Assembly: GCA_964035545.1 (NCBI GenBank)
Contig: OZ037767.1
Location: forward strand, 20,786,628 to 20,850,627
Length of the DNA: 64,000 bases
Source of the DNA: Bugula neritina
Lineage: Eukaryota; Animalia; Bryozoa
Reading direction: 5' to 3'
Part shown: positions 14,601 through 24,800 of the stretch, piece after piece
Layout of the letters: every line of letters starts with the position of its first letter
Position numbering within the stretch: position 1 is the first letter of the stretch
Translations under genes and position numbers: made by a program
The notes under the pieces: generated by a model
The model's input: only the letters and a program-made list of their open reading frames with translations
Databases searched by the model: none
Told to the model about the DNA's origin: nothing

Positions 14601-15366
14601 TCATAATAATAATTACAATGATTATAATTATTTTCATAACAATTTAAATATGACAACTAATATGAATATCACATTTATGATCATAATGTCAATGATAAGA
14701 TTATTTATAAATTTTATATCATTATAATTATTCTTATGATCATGGTTGACATTATAAGACGAAGAGTTAGAGTGAGTTGCTTTTAGTAATACTGTTAGTG
14801 TTACCCTTTGACTTAGTTTTGCAGTTAGTCACTAAATAAGTGTTACTGTTGGTGAGTGTTACATTTACAGTTACTGTATCACTATCACTATAAGTATAAC
14901 TTAATATAGTTATAAAATTAAGTATAACTTTAACTGATAACTCATAACTGCTACAGTTGAAGTTAAACTTAGTCTTACTCTTAGAGTTACACTCACTGCT
15001 AAACTTAAACAATCACTCTTAATGTGAGTGCCATTGTTAGACGTAGAGTAAATCTATCTAAGAGTAAATGTTCATGCAATATGAATACTAAAGGTAAAAG
15101 TAAATCAAGAGTTGAGTAAAACAAATTGAAATTCATTGCGATTGTCATTGTGATTGACTACGAGTAAAATAAATCTTAACAGCTTTAGATAAATATAAGA
15201 CTAAGATGATAGCCAAAGATTCTATGATCCTGAAATAAAGCCCACAGAATTCGGTGTGTATTTTACCTAATATGAAGTAATGTTAGAATTAAAGTAAGCT
15301 AAAGTTTGGTTATTAAAATAAAAAATAACTATAAACAAACAACTGACCTTCACCTTCCTCAGCCAT
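11648..15366 (-). CDS. uncharacterised STI1/HOP DP-repeat-containing protein, 336 aa
   Basis: Exons 15366-15348, 13866-13435, 13220-13035, 12879-12686, 12515-12421 and 11732-11648; all GT-AG, phases consistent, 1011 nt. Motifs: DLPPPLEDM, FGGMKKGFL, MMADPRCERALQEFQANPDKAL, ILSNPQLVEIL, and C-terminal KVRILVDHGLL resembling the STI1/HOP DP2 end. Confidence 0.82.
12183..12390. repeat. 19-bp intronic minisatellite (tacttcccataatacacta), about 11 copies
   Basis: Units spaced 19 nt apart (12204, 12223, 12242...), starting about 30 nt inside the last intron of the STI1-like gene. Confidence 0.92.
13297..13389. repeat. 15-17-bp intronic tandem repeat (catgacacactgaca), about 6 copies
   Basis: Visible tandem units in intron 2 of the STI1-like gene. 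Confidence 0.9.
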
Positions 15367-15670
15367 TTTGACGGAATGATACGTATTTTTTTGAGCAACT
15401 TCAGTTTGCTAAATATACTTGACTATTTATTTTAGATTTTGATTTTTGCAACTAAACTTTATTTACTTTATAATTTTAATGAAAGAATTGTTTATCTAAA
15501 AATAACATATGTATCTTATTTAAATTTTAGACATAACACGATAGGTGAAAATTATTTGTTTATGCGCAATAGCTTCTAAGTTGCTACAAAAATCACCACA
15601 TGAGATTATGTTTAGTACATGTGCTTTTTATCGTTATTTCGGCTATAGAAGTTTAGGGTTACACGTGAGA
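15367..15670. promoter_or_regulatory. putative bidirectional promoter (STI1-like gene / DDX18), with E-box and non-coding DDX18 exon 1
   Basis: Local retention of CpG. The minus-strand ATG is at 15366. CACGTG at 15662-15667 overlaps a plus-strand donor (cac|gtgaga, intron from 15665), with CACATG/CATGTG just upstream. The DDX18 ATG exon is preceded by an acceptor at 21776-21777 that needs an upstream exon. Confidence 0.55.
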
Positions 15671-16966
15671 AATAAATTCATTTAGATTTAAGGACTCTAA
15701 TTAATCATTATTGTTATTAATATTCAACAGTATTATATTTGTTTTTTTGTTATGAGTGTACTATGAAAAATTATCGTGTGTAATGTTAAATTTAGTTATG
15801 ATTAATAATATTATAAATAATTAATATTATTATATTTTTATAATATTAATAATCTTAAATTTAATAGTGAATTGAATTCTATTAAAATAGTGATATTAAT
15901 ATAATAATCACTATAAATTAAGATGTAATGATTATCAAAATGATGACCATTATGATTATCATTATGATAGTCATAATGAGAATGATAATCATTGTCATTA
16001 TAATTATTTATTTTATTTTATAATAATTAAATTTTAATTTATATTAATAATCATGCACCATAAATATAATATACTTATAGGTGATAATATTAATTTTGAT
16101 GATGTAAGACTGAAAGTGAAACTAAAAGTAAAACGAAATATTTTATAATTATTGTTTTTAATTTAAATTTTAATCTATTATTTAACTTGAAGTTTTAGTT
16201 TTACTTTAACAGTTAAACTTGAAGTTTATGTTTTAATATATGTTAATAATTATAATATTAATAATAGTTGATAATCATACAAATAGCAATACTAATAATA
16301 ATAAGTAACAGTAAATGTAATAGATCAGAAATTATTCGATGTGATCACGCTGACACTTGACCACCCTAAACTTAAGAAAGAAGGGGTGTGCTGCCTATGG
16401 GTAAAGTTATACCGTAATTATAATATAAATATGTTGGCCAGTCATTGTTCTTGGACAATAGACATACAGTTAGTAGTAGTACTGGTTGGGCTGTATTGTC
16501 TGACTGAAAGTGAACAGGAGCTTAATCTTATTTCTATGTGGAGATCTCTGAGTTAATGCCTCGATGGTAACTAATCTTTAGATCCCTGATAATTATAATC
16601 AAGAGAAAAGTGTTCAGTACTGATTGGGGCTTTTCCCTTGCGAAGGATTGCGTCTGCAGAGTGCTGCTTGTTGACTTGTTCGGCAGCTCATCATAGGCAA
16701 AGCTGAGAGCGTGATTTTCTTCTTTTGCCAGAATCGTCAGAAGGAGATCATTGTGTCTGGTTTTCAAGGGACTGTAGGTAGAGTTTATTCATGGCGTTTT
16801 GGCATTCACTTGTATTTTTTCCAAGTCCGAAATATCCTTGCTGGTTGGGTCCCAAACTGCGCTGGCAAGCTAACTAAAGGCCTGGCCTCACAATCGTGAA
16901 AATTACACGAAATCGTGTGACGATTTTGACCAGCCACACACTCGTCAGACGAAACACATAATAAAT

Positions 16967-19900
16967 GTGACCTCCCACCACAAAACAGGGAACGTTGGTC
17001 AGTTTTTAAAATTGAGTTATTAGTATAGAGTTATAGAGCAGATCTGTGCAATCGTTTTGCAATTTATTTGAAGTCTCTAGTGCAAATAGAACTCGAGATA
17101 TTGATATTCAAAAGCCTTGGCGTTTTTAAAACAGTCAATTCACGTTTTTGAGAAATTCGCTTTTAAAGTAAGCAAGTCAGGAATAATTTATGGATTATTT
17201 GTTTACATTTGTCAAGCCTTAGCAACGGGCCTTTTTATTCTAGCAAACTGGACAAATTTGGTATCAAAACATTTGTCCAAGTATGGGCTTTCAGCTCCAC
17301 AGTTTCTTACGTTTCCTAAACAAAAAATTAGGTCAAAGATGGCCGCCAAACCTGTTGTAACTTTATTTTCCCGAATAGCTATTAAATTGTGATAACAGTT
17401 GAAAATTTTGCTACTTTCAGCACATATAAGGACCTTTAAGCACTTTTTTGCACCGACATTCATTTGAACCAACTAAGTTAACTAGGTGTCATATGAAACA
17501 AAATGGCAGCCATTTCCTGTTTTACGTTTGCTATTTTCCTCATCATTAATATCTCATGTAACATGTCCAACTGTAGCTATTGGGCCATGCCATTCGATAG
17601 TATCAATTGTTCCATGAGTAAAAATCATATGAGAGAGTCATTCAACTATTGTGATATTATGCAAAATTTATTCAGTCATACATTTACAATGTAGAGTGAT
17701 CAAAAGTTACATATAGCAAGTGGGTCAGTTGAGATATTGAGTATCCATACAAGAAAATAAGGTATAAGTTTCTTTTAAGTTATATTTATCCATTGATATT
17801 TGCATTTAAGATATTAAATCAATTATTATAAACAAATAAAAGTTTAGAAATTCAGCATAGATGAAACTTAAATTAATTCATATAGCAGAAAGACTGCTTA
17901 GGTGATTCTTATGGTCTCTGAATCTATGTCTTATATCCCTCATAGCTTGAGTTTACAGAGTATAAGCACATAACCAGAAGAGCGACAAGAGCTTCATTGC
18001 TGCTACAAACGAGATTCCAGTAGTCAAAGTTGATAGATGCTGCTACTATAAATCTACCCTGTTCATCTAGCCACTTAGACCTGCAATTATAATATTAAAC
18101 TTATTTTTAGATTATAAAAAAGAACAATAGTGCATTAGAAATTAAATCTGGCTATAAAATGTAATTGTTTCAACACCATTTAACTACTATATTACAGCAG
18201 CTAATAATTATTGAGCAATTTATCAACATTTAAGTTTATAGCGAGTTTGAAGGCACATTTGCAAACTAGTTATTTATAAAATTTCTGAGCATAATGAAAT
18301 ACTAGACACCTTTTTTCGAATAAAATTAGCAGAAGCTATAAGCTTGCAAGCGGTAGCTCTCCAAATGCAGGGAGTCCGGATCACAAGTGTAAGAATGATA
18401 GGTTATATGCAGCATGCTCTTGAGCTGTATAGGTGACATACCAAACAGCACCTCATCGACAAGTTTCATCATGTTGCCCTCACATCTTCACTTTCCTAAA
18501 ATGTAAATAATGTTATATTCATAAATAATAATCATGATGTAATAATAATTTTCCTATTGCCATCAAAAATTAAGTCATTTGAATATTTAGCATGTTTGAA
18601 TCGGCAGTACTAAAGCAATGAGCTTGGATTTGAAAAACAAAACAACTAATTAATCAATATACTATTTAATATTCAATTCAAAGTGAGTAGACAGAACTAG
18701 CCAAGTAGCAACAAAACCTACTAAATATAGCTACTGCAAAATCAAATAGATATAATAAATAAATTAGCATAAGTAGTAGTACTCTAATTTTATTTTGGAA
18801 AGTCTTGTGCTATGCGAGTGATGTATTATAATAAATAACTATAAGATTTAAACTAAGGGTAGCTGTAAGTGTAAAGCTGACAGTGACTAACAAGAAGTGA
18901 CTTGATTTTGACATCACTATTATTGTTGTTTTAATCTTAAAGATCTTAATCACTGTTATGAATATTATTATACTTAAACTTATTCAAATTGAATCACATT
19001 CTATAGTTCAGTATGAGTATAGATTATGCTAAATATTCAATATCAATATAAAATAGAATTGAACTTCAACAGTGGCACTCACACTGACAGTGCACCAGTT
19101 AACACGCCTAGACTTATAATTTCTATAAATAATCAATATGAGTATGAACATCGAAAACTATGAACTTCAAGTTAAACTTAATAATAATATAATATTTAAT
19201 AGAAATATCACAAGAACTAACTAGTAGTAATAGTGTAATACTGCACCATATTCAATAGTATTATCAATATGAGTATGAACATTTTATTTTATATAAAAAT
19301 AAAACACTCCATACTAAAAAGTTAAAGTTAAAAATATTATCATTTAGTTTCTAGCAACTGCTATTGAAAGTAAAAAAACATTTGACCTACATAGGCTAGA
19401 GTAAATCACTGTATCAAAATGAAAATGTTTTATTATTATTAATACAAATAAGTAAGTAACTCGAATTGATTTTATTATATTTAAAATTAAAATTATTAAA
19501 TTTAACAACTAAAACACTATGACTAGAAGTAGAAGTATAACTGTATTAGTATTACTATTAGTATAACTATTACTATAAGTTAATAATAATAAGTACTAGT
19601 AATCTATATAATCATTTTGTTGCATAATTGAGCTTTTTTCAGTATAATTACCTGCTTTGTAGTGATTTATTCATGAAGTCCAAAGATAAAGATCAATAAT
19701 TAAGGTATTATTAAAATACAGCTAAGTAATCAGTTGCATTACAAGCTAACGTCTTTGCAGCCAGCGCCAAAATTAACTATTACTAAACTTAGTTTCAGAA
19801 GTAGACTTCTTATTTAGCGAACAGAATGCGTATGCAACCCTTACTAAACAAAGATTTAATTGTAGGATTCTTCGCTATAAAATGTCTTAATTTCAATTTC

Positions 19901-20181
19901 GTAATTGTAAAGATAACTCCGAGTCAACTTGACTACGATCCGCCATTTTGAAAAAATATTTAATCCATAGTTACCAACTTTAAAGTCAATTTTGAGGCTG
20001 AAGGAGTTAGCAAATGCTTGCGAAAATATGATATTTAAAATCCTTGAGTTTTTCTGTATAGGAAAAGTTCAAAATCTAAGAACTGGCAAAAAATTTCAAT
20101 TTTTGGTTTTTCCAAATTAAACCTTCATTTACTACACTTCATATGTGCCGCCAAGTTCCCGGTTTTGTCGTGATGGGTCAC
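16967..20181. mobile_element. 3.2-kb TIR DNA transposon nested in the Harbinger-like element, 4-bp AAAT TSD (Sola1-like target pattern, tentative)
   Basis: TIRs gtgacctcccaccacaaaacagggaacgttgg and ccaagttcccggttttgtcgtgatgggtcac; AAAT at 16963-16966 and 20182-20185. Confidence 0.75.
17915..19946 (-). pseudogene. decayed spliced gene carried inside the nested transposon
   Basis: caaaATGGCG start at 19946, donor gtaatt at 19651, acceptors ending before 18495 and 18080. The last segment translates to SKWLDEQGRFIVAASINFDYWNLVCSSNEALVALLVMCLYSVNSSYEGYKT*IQR. In-frame stops are present. Confidence 0.4.
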
Positions 20182-21803
20182 AAATAGTCCGTGAATGAGT
20201 CTTGCACAAGGTACAAACAGCAGAAAATTTTCAAATAGAGAAACGTGGTAGAAATGAAATAATTACTGTTGCTAAAATTCTATTGACCGATCAAATGGTA
20301 CTTATCGTCGATTGTGATTTTTCGTCCATCGTCATCGTTCTGTACACCCAACAATGACGATTTCGTTTGAATTCCCTCAAATTTTCCCGTACTAATAATT
20401 TTTCATGTCAAATAGACGATTTTTTGTGATTCTCATGATCGTGTGGCCAGGCCTTAAAGGTGCGATAGGCACAGTCATACCCCTTCTTGGTCTGTTGTCA
20501 GTTATGATTGTGAAAGTGAACCTCAGTCTCGCACTAAAAGTTAAATGAAGTCAAACCTAAAATTAAATGTTCTTGCGCTTGACTTTGAGTTGTAGTTGAC
20601 TGGTAGACTTCTAGTTATGTTTAAAGTTGAAGTAAAAATTCAATTTAAAGTAAGAGTTAGACTTAGTGCAGAGCTATTGTTGTATTCCAAATGTTTTTGT
20701 CTTTGATATGATTGTGGACAGGATGCCTTGCCTATGTCCCATCACTCATTGCAGTTTATCACATTGACATCCTCTGATGCTCATTGGCATATAGTGTTCA
20801 TAAAGTTAGATTTGTGATAAGTGTAGCTATAGGTTGAGTATAGGCACCAATATAATTTTAAAATAAATTTAAAATTAACTTGAAATTTGACATTAAGTGA
20901 TCAAGCAATTTGTGTCTGTTAGATTTACTTTTAGTGATACACTTGTACACTATTGCTATACATGCATTCTTAAATTAGTTATACTGAATACTTGTTTCAC
21001 AAATTTTAGTGCCAATCATAAGAATTGTTAGAACACAAAAATGCTCTTGTCACTGGGCTACCATAGAATGAGTTAATCATGCCATGAAACAGGAGTCAGT
21101 TGGCGATAGTTGACAGAACATAATTAGTATTTGATAACTTCTGTTTAGTAATATTTATTGTGTTGACTAGCTCCACCACCAGTTACTGTTGATACTGTTT
21201 TTCTTCTTTGTCTACTTTAAATCCCAATCGGACTTTAACTGTTCCATTTTTTCAGGTTTTGTAATCTAATTAAGTAGCGTAATAGTTTTATTATGTGTAA
21301 CTATAAGTCTAGTATAGTCATTTGTACCTGGTGAATCTGATACGACCAGCCACACCAATCATTGACTACAACTATGAATAAGATTATTCCAGTATTGAAC
21401 CTCTAGTTTCATAAGTAAATTATTAATTACAGTATTAATTGTTATTTTCTTTAATCTGCTTCTTGTGTCACTAACCATCATAATTTACAATACAAACCCA
21501 AGTGTGAAAAACAACTAGTAATCAATTATAAAAGTTATAGCATAATTCCCTAGTTTTTACATTCATCTTATGAAGATGAGTTGAATTATAAAAGAACTTA
21601 ATGACATTGAATGATGACCAATCTTTACTGGTATATGGCTATATGCTCTATATGTAGTTTGATATGTTAATTCACGAAACATGTGTATGCCAAAAGAAGA
21701 ATTATATATGCAATAATTTCACCATATGAGGTTTGGTATATTTTGTAAATGGTTATTGCAATATATTCATTTTGTAGCTTTTTGTGACTCATAGTAAATT
21801 AAA

Positions 21804-24800
21804 ATGGATACTGGAAAGATATCTAAAAAAGGTTTGTATTCACTTATTCCATAGTTGACAAAGCACTATAACACAATTCTTTTAATTTTCATGAATTTTC
21901 TCAGTCCTAAATTACTAAAATTATCAGAAGCCAAGCAGATCAATGGATGAAATAGAAAATGGATTGCTCACATTTTGATTTTCATTTTTTAGCCAAAAAG
22001 AAATTAAATGGCAGCACTGGAAAGAGAAAGAATCCAGAAACAACCTACACAGGTGAGATCTGCTCATCACATGCAAGTCTCTATGCTAAATACTTGATAT
22101 TCAACTAACGCTATGCCTGCACACTCAGTACTATATATTATATGATATTCACACTCAGTACTATATATTATGTGATATTCACACTCAGTACTATATATTA
22201 TATGATAGTTACACGCAGTACTATATATTATATAACGGTCACTATCACTACTACATTCCTTCACCACATGAAGCTGTCCTATACATGCAACTGTTTACAA
22301 CTTCTAGATTCGCCAGTTAAGAAATCAAGAAAAGAGCCAAGATCTCTTTCAGTACCAACCAAGAAAGTCAACTCAGGAGTAGAGGTGAAGAAAAATGCAG
22401 GTGCAAAGAAGCCTAAAAAAGTTCCAGTTGCTACGACAGAGGTGTGTATTGATGACAGTGCTGAGTATGATGTCATATATGACCTTGAACTGCGGAGTCC
22501 TATGTCACACTAAGCATGACTGAGTTGCTAATATCTCTTGTCTGTTCCCTTGTGTTTTCCAGCGACTGGATGTGTTATATATACAACACTTACGTGCACT
22601 CTACAATGCTAATGTTGCAGTTTGAAAAAAGTTGAAAGTGTTTCATTAATGAGATATTCAATAAGTCAACTATTTTGCTTTTTATTTCAGGAAACAGATG
22701 AAGAGGAAATACCTGAACTTGTACCAGCCGTTGATTCTGAAGATGAAGGAGACAGTCCCCAGGAGGACATGAGTGAGGATGAGGACATAAGTGAGGATGA
22801 AGACCCTCAGGAGGACATAAGTGAGAATGAGGACATGAGTGAGGATGAGGACCCTCAGGAGGATATGAGTGAGGATGAGGACCCTCAGGAGGACATAAGT
22901 GAGGATGAGGAGAATTCCGGAAGCGGAGAAGAAGAGGCAAATGAGGAACCCGAGAAAGTAGTTGCTAAGCAAATCACCAAGTCAGAAAGTGCTGCTGAAG
23001 AGTGTATGTTCACTTTGCTCTCTCTACTGCCATACAGTATCAATCTAATAACAGAATAGCAATGCTTGTTAATATATATAATAGCTCACACTAAAATAAC
23101 ACCATAGTTTTCGTATAAAGTATCTCATTGGTCACCTCTTATTGGCCCTTTTTACCTATAAGCAGCCTTAGCTTTCTGACTTACTCCCTATCTCCCTCCA
23201 CTTCTCTGAACAAACGGTGTTGGCCGTTAGTTTTTACTGTCCAAATTAACTGCCAGTTTGCACTGCTAGCATTTACTGTGGTGTAGGGACTGATTGTAAC
23301 TAACAGTTTTGTTGAGTTGACTGTATCTGAACTACTGTTACCTAACTGGTGTAGATGTGTTTACAGTACCGGGAGGCAAAGGGGGCTCCGTCATAATATC
23401 CGACACGGCCTTCACCTCCCTCAAAGGGCATGTCAATGACTGCACATTGAAAGGACTTGAAGACATGGGCTTCACCAACATGACCCAGATACAGGCCAAG
23501 GCCATCCCACCTCTTTTAGAAGGTACTGTGTTATTCTGTTGTCTGCGTGGTTTCTATTTGTTCAGTTATTCTGTTATTTAGTCGTACTTTCTTACTTCAA
23601 ATACTGTTCACTTCTTTGTAAGGAGTTAGGAAGAAAAGCCCAACTGTTTTTGTTTATAGTCTTCTTTGGTCCACGGAAGGTTGCTAATTACAGTTTAGGT
23701 TCTATACTAACAATATTTGGCAGCGTTGATACCGGTGTCTATTGTTTTAGGGCGCGATGTTCTAGCGGCAGCAAAGACTGGCAGTGGAAAAACTTTGGGA
23801 TTTCTCATTCCAGCCGTAGAACTGATCTACAAGTTAAAGTTTATGCCTAGAAATGGTAACAATTACTGTGTGTATGTATTGTTGGGGTAGTTTTTAGAAC
23901 AGGAAGTAGTTGTTTCCCTTGAGCAGTTGATGTCGAAATACTGTTACTATGTAATGCTGTTGTATATGTTTATTGTTTATTGTCGCTATGTTATTTTGAT
24001 GGTTTTCAATAATTGTGTTGTTTGCAGGTACTGGTGTTATTATAATCTCCCCCACAAGAGAGCTCTCCATGCAGACGTTTGGGGTGCTGAAGGAGCTGCT
24101 CAAGTATCACTCTCACACTTACGGACTCATCATGGGCGGCACGAGTAAAGCTGATGAGGCAAAGAAACTCGCTAAAGTGAGATCACTATGAAAACTGTTC
24201 AACGCTACCTTTTTTTGTATTTTTCTGTGTGTGAAATGTATTTGTTAGTGGCTGTGTTATTTGTAAGTTGATATGGAGGAGCCGTGTTGGGCGTCTGTAT
24301 GTGGGTATGGAAGTAGAGTTATGGCAGAACTTGAATTCAAGAAAAAATTGGTAATATCTGTTGTAGGGGATAAATATCCTTGTCTGTATTAGTAATATCT
24401 GTTGTAGGGGATAAATATCCTCGTCTGCACTCCAGGACGGCTCCTCGATCACTTGCAGAACACCAAAGAATTTTTGTACAAGAATCTGCAGTGTTTAGTG
24501 ATAGACGAAGCCGACCGTATCCTGGATATCGGATTCGAGGAGGAGATGAGACAGATAGTTCGACTTCTGCCACGTGAGTGCCGGACTTGACAGCTTGCTG
24601 ACTCAACTCTCGTTTCATTGGTTTACCAACTTTATTACCCGGTTTTATGCCGAGTGACGTGAACATCAATGATTTATTGGCAGAGTTCCGAAAGACTTCA
24701 CTGATTGACTGTCAATTCTCTGCAGTTTTTTATTACATTTTAAAGCTTTTTCAAAAAAGATTTGGCAAATATTAATTTAAACATATCTCTCTGTTAACTC

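Larger units (their letters stand above)
16878..20454. mobile_element. PIF/Harbinger-like TIR element with TAA target-site duplication
   Basis: 39-bp imperfect TIRs: aggcctggcctcacaatcgtgaaaattacacgaaatcgt (16878-16916) versus the reverse complement of 20416-20454 (32/39 identical). Flanked by TAA at 16875-16877 and 20455-20457. Confidence 0.75.

Noticed and set aside
14767-15012. ORF with alternating residues (NSKSKTKFNFNC)
   Set aside because: By-product of the 6-nt-periodic intronic tract.
22450-22523. C/D snoRNA candidate (TGATGA...CTGA)
   Set aside because: No good terminal stem and no recognisable rRNA complementarity.
22590-22972. Antisense ORFs with His/Pro or Leu/Ile repeats
   Set aside because: Shadows of the DDX18 acidic coding repeat.
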